A stretch of 64,000 nt of DNA, taken from the NCBI RefSeq assembly GCF_036588685.1, contig NW_026963317.1:1550001-1614000 (forward strand). The letters are read 5' to 3'. Shown in pieces: positions 13,513 to 26,287 of this stretch. This stretch comes from Mytilus trossulus (taxonomy: Eukaryota). The first letter of the stretch is position 1. Each line of letters opens with the position of its first letter. Under the pieces are notes generated by a model. It had not been told where the DNA came from. It ran no database searches and saw only the letters and a list, made by a program, of their open reading frames with translations. Made by a program: the position numbers and the translations under genes.

Positions 13513-16500
13513 ATGTCGTAAGCACAGTTTAATATCCTTAATAACTTAATCATGCATATTTGCTTATGTTTGTATCTCAATTTTCATTATTCTCGTCCAT
13601 AATTACATGAATTTTGGTGTTGTATTGACCCCCACAAGTGTTTGTTTACAAATATCTTTTGCACGGTTCACTATTTTAAAGATCTTCATCCCTGAGGCCT
13701 CATCATACTTCCTAACACCAATATCTTGAAGCATAAAAGTGGATAATATTGTCGAGAATTCAAGATAGTTGTTATAGAAATCCAATAAATACCACCGAAA
13801 TTTGGCGTTATAAACATACTAGTGAACAGAACTTGAGAAGGACCTTCCTTGTTTCACTTTCAGTTTATAAATGTATGAGATGTGTAAATGATTGCCAGTG
13901 GAACAACTATATACATAAGGACAAGTAACTAACTATGTAAATAACTTCTATTCACAGTTGACACATGATCAAATTTGGGATTCATGGTATCGGGTCTGTT
14001 TGCACCCAATAGGCAATATACTTTTCCACCCTACACGTTTGTGCCCAATTTATATATAGTTATAGGAATACACTGATCTAAATTAGGGTAACCCATGTTT
14101 ATAGAGTTCTCAAATGTCCCGTGAGTGTTATGCATGCAAGAAAATAGCAATACACTTACCAAAACTCATTACAAGTTATTAAACACAAAACCAATAAAAA
14201 AAATAGTGCTAACATAAAGAATGTGAAATTAAAAGGGTGCAAATGGACATGTATTCCCGTAATGTACATGGCTTGAAAAGTCAATACTGGGAGCTCACTG
14301 TTAACATATTTGTCAAGAAATGTGATTGGTCTCCGGTAATGCATCGATTATTTTATTATGTGTAATGCAATTTACATACTTTTGTCAAGAAATTAGTGCT
14401 AAATATCCCCATTGTTTACATTTGTAACCCATTACAAATGGAACATGGTAAATTTACTCATTCTTTGCAACTGTTAGAAGTCTGTTACATGTTCAAAAGG
14501 GTACAATTGTACATGATTTCAGAAATTATAGTGGATACATTTTGTAATTGAAGAATACTATTTGTATGAACACATGCATTATTAATTCAAAATAAAGTAG
14601 TGATTTATGTATTTGCTATAATCGTCATAATAGTAACCATTGATTTTATTTATAGATTCTATATATTGATGCCCCCTCTGTAGCAAAGGGGGCATTTAGT
14701 TTTAATACCCTTGTCTATTGATACTTCTCAAAGACGGTTTCCTTTCTCTAATTACATTAGCATGTTTAGTTTGCCTTAACCAAAAGCTTATACTTAAAAC
14801 TTATACACAAAGCTTATTACCACAAAACACAGATCAAATATTGTATGATCATGATTTTTTTTATAGTTAATTGATGTTTTATTTTATTTTTCAGTGCATT
14901 ATTACAAAAACCCAAAAGTGAGATGACTCCAGAAGAGTTGTCCAGTAGGGAACAAGAAGAGTTTAATACTGGTCCCCTGTCTGTCTTGACGCAGTCAGTA
15001 AAGAACAACACACAAGTCCTTATCAACTGCAGAAACAACAAGAAATTGTTGGCCAGAGTGAAAGCATTTGATAGGTGGGTGGGTTTATCAGCAAGACTGA
15101 ACTTTGTATTCATATATCATGATGCATTTGTAAACTAATCAGAACCATCACAAACAATAAATGTTATCTGACCATTTTTATAATTATATACATGTAAGCA
15201 TAACTATAGATATGAATTAGTCATGTTATCTTTTACATCTTTAAATATCTCTCATGGATATTCTTTTTTTCAAAAAAAAACCAAATACTCTAAAGGAGCA
15301 TTAAATTTTATGAAAATTTGTGTATATTTATTAAAGCAAAATGTCTAAGGGCAAGTTAAAAAAAACATGCAGAACCCAAATACCAATATCAATAAGCTTT
15401 AGAAGCTCATCATGTGACATCTGCTTCAATTGACATCTGAACCCAAATACCAATATCAGTAAGCTTTAGAAGCTCATCATGTAACATCTGCTTCAATTGA
15501 CATCTGAACCCAAATACCAATATCAGTAAGCTTTAGAAGCGCATCATGTAACATCTGCCTCAATTAACATCTGAACCCAAATACCAATATCAATAAGCTT
15601 TAGAAGCTCATCATGTAACATCTGCTTCAATTGACATCTGAACCCAAATACCAATATCAGTAAGCTTTAGAAGCGCATCATGTAACATCTGCTTCAATTG
15701 ACATCTGAACCCAAATACCAATATCAATAAGCTTTAAAAGCCCATCATGTAACATCTGCTTCAATTGACATCTGAACCCAAATACCAATATCAATAAGCT
15801 TTAGAAGCTCATCATGTAACATCTGCCTCAATTGACATCTGATTCCAAATACCAATATCAATAAGCTTTAGAAGCTCATCATGTAACATCTGCTTCAATT
15901 GACATCTGAACCCAAATACCAATATCAATAAGCTTTAGAAGCTCATCATGTAACATCTGCTTCAATTTACATCTGAACCCAAATACCAATATCAATAAGC
16001 TTTAGAAGCTCATCATGTAACATCTACCTCAATTTAAATCTGAACCCAAATACCAATATCAATAAGCTTTAGAAGCGCATCATGTAACATCTGAACCCAA
16101 ATACCAATTTCAATAAGCTTTAGAAGCGCATCATGTAACATCTGAACCCAAATACCAATATCAATAAGCTTTAGAAGCGCATCATGTAACATCTGCCTCA
16201 ATTTACATCTGAACCCAAATACCAATATCAATAAGCTTTTGAAGCTCATCATGTAACATCTGCCTCAATTTACATCTGAACCCAAATACCAATATCAATA
16301 AGCTTTAGAAGCTCATCATGTAACATCTGCTTCAATTGAAATCTGAACCCAAATACCAATATCAATAAGCTTTAGAAGCTCATCATGTAACATCTGCCTC
16401 AATTGACATCTGAACCCAAATACCAATATCAGTAAGCTTTAGAAGTGCATCATGTAACATCTGCCTCAATTGACATCTGAACCCAAATACCAATATCAAT

Positions 16501-17733
16501 AAGCTTTAGAAGCCCATCATGTAACATCTGCTTCAATTGACATCTGAACCCAAATACCAATATCAATAAGCTTTAGAAGCTCATCATGTAACATCTGCCT
16601 CAATTGACATCTGAACCCAAATACCAATATCAGTAAGCTTTAGAAGCCCATCATGTAACATCTGCTTCAATTGACATCTGAACCCAAATACCAATATCAA
16701 TAAGCTTTAGAAGCTCATCATGTGACATCTGCCTCAATTTACATCTGAACCCAAATACCAATATCAATAAGCTTTAGAAGCTCATCATGTAACATCTGCC
16801 TCATTTTACATCTGAACCCAAATACCAATATCAGTAAGCTTTAGAAGCTCATCATGTAACATCTGCTTCAATTGACATCTGAACCCAAATACCAATATCA
16901 ATAAGCTTTAGAAGCTCATCATGTAACATCTGCCTCAATTTACACCTGAACCCAAATACCAATATCAATAAGCTTTAGAAGCGCATCATGTACATAACAT
17001 CTGCCTCAATTTACATCTGAACCCAAATACCAATATCAATAAGCTTTAGAAGTGCATCATGTAACATCTGCCTTAATTTACATCTGAAACCAAATACCAA
17101 TATCAATAAGCTTTAGAAGTGCATCATGTAACATCTACCTCAATTTACATCTGAAACCAAATACCAATATCAATAAGCTTTAGAAGCTCATCATGTAACA
17201 TCTGCTTCAATTAACATCTGAACCCAAATACCAATATCAATAAGCTTTAGAAGCTCATCATGTAACATCTGCTTCAATTTACATCTGAAACCAAATACCA
17301 ATATCAATAAGCTTTAGAAGCGCATCATGTAACATCTGAACCCAAATACCAATATCAATAAGCTTTAGAAGCTCATCATGTAACATCTGCTTCAATTGAC
17401 ATCTGAACCCAAATACCAATATCAATAAGCTTTAGAAGCACATCATGTAACATCTGCTTCAATTAACATCTGAACCCAAATACCAATATCAATAAGCTTT
17501 AGAAGCTCATCATGTAACATCTGCCTCAATTTACATCTGATGTCTATAATCATTTCAGACATTGCAATATGGTATTGGAAAATGTAAAGGAAATGTGGAC
17601 AGAGACCCCTAAAACAGGAAAAGGAAAGAAGAAATCCAAGCCAGTGAACAAAGACAGATATATCTCAAAAATGTTCTTACGAGGAGATTCCGTTATCTTG
17701 GTTCTCAGGAATCCAATGGCTACCAGCAAATAA
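13513..17733 (+). CDS. SNRPD2: Small nuclear ribonucleoprotein Sm D2, 119 aa
   Basis: Exons 13513-13517 (ATG TC|gtaagc), 14895-15074, 17559-17733; 360 nt in frame. [125 protein letters not shown] at 18065-18070. The 5-nt first coding exon is the least certain part. Confidence 0.96.
15372..17540 (+). repeat. 67-bp tandem satellite (~33 copies) in SNRPD2 intron 2
   Basis: Unit GAACCCAAATACCAATATCAATAAGCTTTAGAAGCTCATCATGTAACATCTGCTTCAATTGACATCT (15372 vs 15439); a few 51-bp variants have lost the 16 nt between two ACATCTG motifs. Confidence 0.97.
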
Positions 17734-18789
17734 AAAAATATAGTGGTGTTCCATGTGAAATCAGAATATTTGGTATTGTAAAAAACAGGACTGCAAAGAT
17801 CATGAAGATGCAGTATTTACTATGTTATCTGTCAGACTTGTGGATTCTTAAACAAAAGTTAAATGTCTTATCAAAGCAAGAACATTGTTCAAAATAGTTT
17901 TGGTTTGTTTCATCAGATCTGAATAGAAGTGACTTGTTCAATCATGATTTAGATTCTATGACACCAACAAAACATCTAAAACAAAGTAATTTTTACATTC
18001 AGTCATTTTCATTCATTCAAGGTCATTATTTTATATGTACATTAGCAAATGTTCATTTTATACTAATAAACATGTTGTCATGAGAAAATGATTTTATTTA
18101 CATTTATAGTACACATATCAATTAAGAATTGAAGTGTGGAATATGTCACACAAAGAGACAGCCTGATCAAAGAGCAGATGGGTCTTCAACACAGCAAGAA
18201 AAACCCACACCCAGTGTCTGGCTTCATCTGGCTCCTTAAACAAAAATGTGTACTTGTTCAGTGCTAATGGGTGTTATACTAAACTACAAGATTAAGAAAG
18301 GCCAGAGGCTCCTGACTTGGCAGGGTTAAACATATTTTGTGAGATCTCCCCCTCCCCTTATATCACTAGCCAATGTATGATAAACAAACACTTTTAATAA
18401 CAGCAATATGCACAGTAAAAACACCATGTAAAAAAAAATACCTAGTCCGATGTCAAAATATGTAACAAAAGAAACTAAGCAAAATGACAAGACATCATGT
18501 ACATGAATTAACAAAGGACTACTATAGTAGAATACACATCATTGACTTAAATCATCCATCTTACAAGTATACTGCTCATAAGTAATGACATCATGAAAAT
18601 GAAGCATTTTGAATTGGGCAGTGTTTCTTGCTTCTTTGTTTTTGTAAACTTACAAAAATTTACAAGCCAACTAGGGATTTCAAAAAATTGACATGCTTTG
18701 AAAATTAAATTATGGATATTCTAGTTTGCTCGAGCCATTCTGAAATTATGCCTTCTAACAAAATAATAATTTAAAAATTTATGCATAAT

Positions 18790-21700
18790 GTTTTTTGATC
18801 TGTGCCTCCGTTCATTTGTCCTACTTCAGGTTAAAGTTTTTGGTCAAGGCAGTTTTTGATGATGTTGAGGTCAAATCCACTTGAAACTTAGTGCACATGT
18901 TCCTCATGATATGATCTTTCTAATTTTAATGTCAAATTAAAGTTTTGACCCCAATTTCATGGTCCACTGAAAATAGAAAATGATAGTGCAAAGTTCAGGT
19001 TAAAGTTTTTGGTCAAGGTAGTTTTTCATGAAGTTAAAGTCACATCTACTTGGAACTTTGTACACATGTTCCCTTTGATATGATCTTTCTAATTTTAATT
19101 CCAAATTAAAGTTTTGACCCCAATTTCAGGTCCACTCAACATGGGATATTACAGTGCGAGTGGGACATCCCTGTTCTATGGACACATTCTTGTTTCTTTT
19201 CTTAATTACCAATTTTACATTTCATTATCCTGCTCAATAGAGTTGGGGATATATTAGAATCCTCATGTTGGTCATAATTTTGGTATCCAGATGATAGAGA
19301 CTGGCTTTTTGGAATGCCATTGGAAGCTTTGATCCGCATTAGACAATGTAAGACAGGTTATTATTGTCTTTTTTATGGCACCTCAACAAAGGTATTGGGG
19401 CCATATCTGTATTTGCAACAAGCAATTTTATGCATTTTTTATACGACCACAAAAATTTAAAAAAAAATAGATGGTATATTGGTATTACGTCATCGTCGTA
19501 AGACAGATTGTTTCCAGATAATAACTTTTGAATTAAGTAAATAAAAATCAATAAAATTTGAACACAATGTTTATAACCTCAAAAGGAATTTTGGGGTTTA
19601 TGGTCCCCAACAGGGCCAATAAAAGCATTTATCTACAGGACAAAAAGATGTGCATTAGTATTTCAATTGTTCTGAAATTTTACCACAATATCATAAGTAG
19701 AAGGTTGGGATTTATTTTAAGGGGTTAAAAATGTTTTAGAATTTGGGGGGGGGGATACGAGGTATTTCTGGTCAATGGACAATTATGACAATTTAAAAGC
19801 AGTGTAAGGGAGTTAATTCTAAAACGTTTAACATACAATGTTGGGTATGTTCTAATTTACCTCCCTTACACTACTTGTATATTATTCATAAACAAATGTC
19901 AGGTTTTGGACTACTTGCAATAAAATGGGGGGTTACAGTTGTTTTCAATTTCTATTTATAAAATTTCTTTCGTGTCAGAAACTCGTATGTCAAAAATTTT
20001 ATCACAATCCAAATTTAGAGCTGAATCAAGCTTGAATATTGTGTCTATACTTGCCCAACGGTTCAGGGTTCGACTTCTGCGGTCGTATAAAGCTGCGCCC
20101 TGCGGATCACCTGGTTTTGTAAATGCTTTAAGATATTAGGCTGATTTCTGGTATGTGACTGAGTTGACCATGATGTGTTGCATATCTAGTTCAAGTTTAT
20201 TTCTGGTCTGCTGATTATTGAAGAAATTACTGGTTTCGGTATATAATAATTGTTGAAAAACACAGTAAAATTATGAGTTGCAGGTCAAGTTTATGTTTCT
20301 TTCAACTATGCTGATGATGGTCGTGTGGTTCGACATATCTTGTAAGATATTCAGTACATCCACTTCTTGTTTGTTGATAGTTCGAAATTTATCTCTTCCT
20401 TGATCAGGGAAATTTTTCATCAAATAGTGATGGTCTTGAGAGTTGGATACTACTATCCTTGCATTTTTGTGCCCACATGTTTTTGAAGTTGCAAATGTAC
20501 AGCTTTTTGAGACGGCTATTTGTGTGATTCGGACTTATCTAGTCACTTGAACAGAGTCTTGTGTATTCGATTCAATATTTGAGAATTGAGATGCACTAGA
20601 TTACATGAAAGAATGTTTAAAGGTATGCAGAAAACCTAAATACAATACACTGCCTTTGCGCTAGAGCGACTATATTGCATATTATGTATTTATACGACTA
20701 CAAATATTTTGTATCACGTTGTCGCAGGTCTATGATATTTGGTTTTTATACAATAACTTAAGTATAAGTAAATAAAAAGAAATAGTTATTTATGAAATTT
20801 AAACACAAATTTATATCCACAAAAGGAAGGTTGGTATTGATTTTGGGGGTTATGGTCATATATATATAATATTTTATATATTTACATACCAATCTACTTT
20901 TGGAGCTAACTTCTTAAGCTTTTTTATTGTAGAAGGTGGAAAACCTGGATGCTTCATATTTTGTATATAGGTCCCTTGTGTACGAAGTTTCAATCTATCA
21001 CATGTCTATCGTCCTTGACCTCATTTTCATGGTTCAATGACTACTTGAAAAAAGTTAAGATTTTTTTGTAATATTACTTTATTTCTTAAATTGAGAAATA
21101 GGATAACTAAATTTGGTATGTGCTTACCTTGCAATGTCCTCATGCCCGTCAGACAGTATCCACAGGACCTCGACCTTGTTACATGGATCAGTGAACAAGG
21201 TTTATGTTTGGATGGTCAAGACCATATCTCAGATACTATAAGCAATATAGGTCTAGTATATTCGGTGTATGGAAGGACTAAGATTATGTACATGTCCAAC
21301 TGGCAGGTGTCATCTAAACTTGTCCTCGTTTTCGTGGTTCAGTGGTTATTGTAACGTTTTTGTGTTTTTGATCTGTTTTTTGAGACGGCTATTTGTGTGA
21401 TTCTGACACATCTAGTCACTTGAACAGAGTCTTGTGTGTTCGATTCAATATTTGAGAAATATTTCTTATATTGTATGTTATAGGTCTATTATATTTGGTA
21501 TATGGAATGATTGAAAGGTGTACATGTCTAGCTGGCGATGTCATCTGACCTCAACCTCATTTTCATGTTTCAGAACTACATAGGTCAAAGATAAGTTTTG
21601 TAGTCTTGGTCTTTGTTTCTAATACTATTTGCAATAGGTCAACTATATTTGGTGTATGGAAATATTTTATGCTGTACAGGTCATGCAGTCTCGCAGGTTT

Positions 21701-22115
21701 TTTTAGTTTATTTTGACATCATTTTCACTGTTCTGGCATTTTTCAGTGTTAATTTTTTTTGTTTTGGTCTGTTTTTATTAAACCATAAGCAATGGGTCAA
21801 CTATATTAGTTGTATGGAAGGATTGCAATCTGTACATATCTGCCTGACATGGTTCATTGCTCAATGTTGATTTTTTTTTATTAAGTCTGTTTCTTAAAAA
21901 CTATAAGCAATAGGTCACCTACATGTATATTTAATGTATTGAATGATTATAAGGTGTACATGTATTTTTTGTTCGGTTGCTATGCCCTTGACCTCATTTT
22001 CTTTGATCATATTAGGCTCATTTGATAGTTGTAGAAAAGCTTTATATTTAGGACTATCATCTTAATATCAATGATTGGCAAAGAAGGCAAGACATTTCAG
22101 CGTGTGCACTCTTGT
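18790..22115 (+). mobile_element. Cluster of decayed HINE/DINE-1-like (Helentron-associated) non-autonomous repeats
   Basis: Starts of type TTTTTATACGAC (near 19437 and 20690), internal tandem blocks (18826-18990 and 18994-19160), 3' ends with short hairpins followed by TT (..CACATTCTTGTT near 19193, ..GATCACCTGGTT near 20116, ..GTGCACTCTTGTT near 22115). Boundaries approximate. Confidence 0.5.
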
Positions 22116-22422
22116 TATATAAGGCAATGATACCAACAATGAACGAACAATTTAGTATTTAAATATTTTATTTACCAGTGTGTATAAATAACTTAGAATC
22201 CGAACAAGCAAATGTCACAGAGCGGAGCAATATCACAGAATATTTTGAGATTGACTAGGGTCTTCTATATAATTTAATAAATAACATAGCTTTATACAAA
22301 AAGTTCTTTAAAATTGGTCCTGGTCAGATCGTTCTTCTGAGCAAATATGACAATTTTACAATTGCCTTGTTGTTGTTTTTTTTCTAAATAAATTATTGAC
22401 GTAGTTTAATAAATTTCTTCAC

Positions 22423-22792
22423 TGGCTCGTCCTGTTATCCAAAGACTGGGTGCCACTGAAAAATATTGGAATGATAAATTTGTGAAAATAGATCATAAGC
22501 AGTTTGATACATGTACTTTTTAAAATGTTATTATCAACTATATTAGGCATGGCTCGTCCTGTTATCCAAAGACTGGGTGCCACTGAAAAATATTGGAATG
22601 ATAAATTTGTGAAAATAGATCATAAGCAGTTTGATACATGTACTTTTTAAAATGTTATTATCAACTATATTAGGCATGGCTCGTCCTGTTATCCAAAGAC
22701 TGGGTGCCACTGCATAATATTGGAATGATAAATTTGTGAAAATAGATCATCAACAGTTTGATACATATACTTTTAAAAATGTTATTATCAAC
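22423..22792 (+). repeat. 127-bp tandem repeat, ~2.9 near-identical copies
   Basis: TGGCTCGTCCTGTTATCCAAAGACTGGGTGCCACTG recurs at 22423, 22550 and 22677. Confidence 0.95.
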
Positions 22793-25539
22793 AAAGGCAA
22801 CGGTTTAACTGAAGAAAAAAACAATAAAGAAAAATAATAAAAGCAAGTATGTTTATGCATCAGTCATGTTTAACCTAAATCGCAATAGATGTACAGAAAA
22901 CAGCTTAAATATATACTAGCATAATTTTGTGGAAAATGTTTCCAACGTATCTTTTTTAACTCTTGATGGTTCTTTAAAATTCAATACTGCTTTTTCCAAT
23001 ATGTAAAAATAGTAATAATAGTGTGGACTAATGATTCATTACTTTGAACAATTCATTGCATTACTGAGGGTTAAATCGCATAAAAATATCGACAATACTA
23101 GTACATAATGTTGAAATTTCCGTTTCTCCTGTGAAACAGTAAAAAAAAAATCAAAGATTGCTCCATCGAGTCTTATATAAATAATAATATGTAGGTATGT
23201 AAAAAAAATAAAAGTTTAATGGTATAACGTCCATTTATATATACCACTACCGGCGGTTGGTTTTGCTTAATGTCCTTTCGTCCACATGTACGACACATAT
23301 ACATAGATTGACCCAGCTCATCATGTTGTTTTTAAGCTTTTTTGGGGTAAACTATTTTTAATATATGTGTAAAGTTTGTGTTTTGTCTGAATTTTTCTTA
23401 CTCAAATTTCTTCCACAAATATATGGATTACAGTACTATATGCCGATATAACCTATGAAGTTTTAAAGCTTGAACATACTTTTTTATTTGGACCGTTTTT
23501 GTAAATGTATCAAAGGTTTGTCAATTATTTTTTTTTATTTTCGTCATGTTTTCCCCACAAAATTGGGAGTTATAATGAACTTTGCGACTTTTGGAGTGAA
23601 ATTTAACAAAAGTATGTCTTATTCTTCTTGCACTTGACAATCTGCAAGCTAACAAAACATAACATATTCAGTGAAAAAAATAATTTTTATATCTTTTTAA
23701 TTTAAATCCATTAAAAATATAAAATGAAATCGAAATCGAAAATGATTGGTCGCCTGAAGAGGACTGTTATATATACAACCTTTCAAAATCACCTGTTCTG
23801 GAAATTTCATTATGATCAAGTATACATGCATAGCAAGTTAAAAAAAATAAAAACTGCAGTTTCAATGCATGTGAAAATCTGTTATTTCCTTGACATATGA
23901 CATAAAGATGATATTATACATGCAATAAATAATAGAACACACCATGCAGTCAGGTTTCTTACAAATAAATTCGTCCTTACGCAATTCATTTCATTGTTAG
24001 CTAGCAAAACATTCCTGTATATACTGATATACACATATAATTCTCGGATATTAAAATTTACTTGTTTATATGTTAGTTGATAAAACACATCAAACATTCC
24101 CTTTACCAAAATCAGTTCAATCCAGAAAGAGGATTAGGGAGTGTTCCAGCCACTCCCAGCCAGGTACCTTTGGCTCCAATAGATTTCCTTAATCCAACTG
24201 TTAATAGCCAATCAAATGAATTATACCATAAATACAACCAATCAACATTGCCTCTCTAACTAAATACTACCGTTATGTATCTATCATTAACTAAACTATC
24301 TAGTAAGGTTTCGTCCCATTCCGCTAAAATTTCAAGATTTTCAATTTTCAATTATTTAATTCAATACAATCTAGATCTTACTTTATTTTATTTCTGATTG
24401 CAGAGGGAGACATTTAATATGTATTAGATGTCTCTGATGCTGAGCTCTGCTGTTAGTGCAGCTAGTTCAAATAATTTTAACTTTTTTCTTATGTAAATAT
24501 TTACCCCCAAAAATCATTTTTCCAATTATTTTTCTTTTTTCAAGAAACATTTCTTCCCACTATTGGTTTTTCCGTACATCAATCATGTCTAAAACCGTCT
24601 ACAGTGGCCTAGTTTGTACAATTAAAAATACATACTAAAATGCTACTAAATAAACGGTGACATTTGAGGACATAAAAAAAATCTGATAAAAATTGTACTG
24701 TGTGTCAAGTAGAACTCAAAGAAAGTAATTTCAGAACTTCAAGGACTAATAATGATAATTGTTTTTTTTTAAATTTAAGGAGTCACATCTTTGCAATCCA
24801 GGAATTTGAATTGTGGTTGTATTTGTAGGAGAAAGTCTTATGAATTTAAAGCTTTATTCCTTAGCTTTATTCTCATCCAAATAAATATTATTCATATATT
24901 TTCTAAGAAATCAAACAAAAATCCCTTCCTTGTTGTAATTGGCACACATTATTAAAAAAATAGGAAAGTGCAAATAAATTGAATGCATGCTGTGAGACCA
25001 ACACCTCTCCCAGTTCTAATCTACAGTCCTTTCCCGTGATAACGTCCCACAAGATAATGTGAGAAATATTAAGGTAGTTCTAATCTACAGTCCTTTCCCG
25101 TGATAACGTTCCACAAATACGGTGAACAATATACAATTATCTACAAAGTGGGATGTACCTGACTGGTTAACAGGAGTATAATAATGGGGCTCTAGTGCGA
25201 CCTGTTTTAAAATGATAAAATAATAAATAAATATTTGGTTTGTGACAGTTCTTAATTACTGAAAGAGTAATATACCATTTGATCTAATAAAAGGTGCAAA
25301 GAAAAATGCACACAAATACATAATAAACTCACAGTAACTACTATAATAGGTTCATCGAAGTTAAAATGTTTATAGGTTGTGCGTGTATTCAAATGAATTC
25401 AAATTCTATATCATCAAGTAGGGAAAAGCATGGGAAAAATAAAACAAAATACCGTCATTGGATTGTCTGAGCTCTCTCAATCAAAATATTGGAATTAAAG
25501 GAAGAAAAAATATTCTCGCCTTCACAAATAAGCTATATA

Positions 25540-26045
25540 CACAAGTTCGTTAAATTTGACTTCGAGAACAAATAAGGTCAATTGGACATTGTGAACAAGT
25601 TGCCGTTCAATCTGACCTTGTGAACAAGTTGCCGTTCAATCTGACCCTATGAACAAGTTGCCGTTCAATCTGACCCTTATAACAAGTTGCTGATCAATCT
25701 GACCTTGAGAACAAATAGCCATTCAATCTGACCTTGAGATCAAGATCCCACTCAATCTGACATTGTGAACAAGTTCCTGTTCAATATGACATTGAGAACA
25801 TGAAGCCACACAATATGATCGCGAGAACAAAAAGCCGTTCAATGTGACCTATAAAACAATAAGCCGTTTAATGTGACCTTGAGAACAAGAAGCTGTTCAA
25901 TGTGACTTTGAGAACTAGAAGCCACACAATCTGAACGCAAGAACAAAGAGCCGTTCGATGAGAGCTACAGAACTAGAAGCCGTTCAATGTGACCTTGAGA
26001 AAAAGTTCGTTCAATCTGAACTTGAGAACAAGTAGCCAACAATAC
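25540..26045 (+). repeat. Degenerate 29-bp minisatellite (~17 copies)
   Basis: GAACAAGTTGCCGTTCAATCTGACCTTGT at 25593, 25622, 25651 and onward, diverging toward both ends. Confidence 0.9.
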
Positions 26046-26287
26046 GATAATTACAATCCGATAACGGCTTTTCACTGGTATTTTTTTAACGTAACTTTTA
26101 AACAAAAACTTATAAAAACAGTAGTCACCAATGAAAAAGGAGTAAAAATTTGTTCGTCCAGCCCTAACATTCTAACATAATCGGGATTAACACAACGAAG
26201 GCGAGAACAATTTCTCAAACAAATTACTCACTAGCTGGTAAATTTAAGGGTATTATCATGAGATTTCAGTGAAATAAAACTTGTTTG

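Noticed and set aside
16034-16252. 72-aa repetitive ORF
   Set aside because: Antisense reading of 51-bp satellite variants.
15372-26045. Regular repeats (67, 127 and 29 bp) as possible CRISPR arrays
   Set aside because: Head-to-tail units with no unique spacers, no cas genes, and a eukaryotic context.
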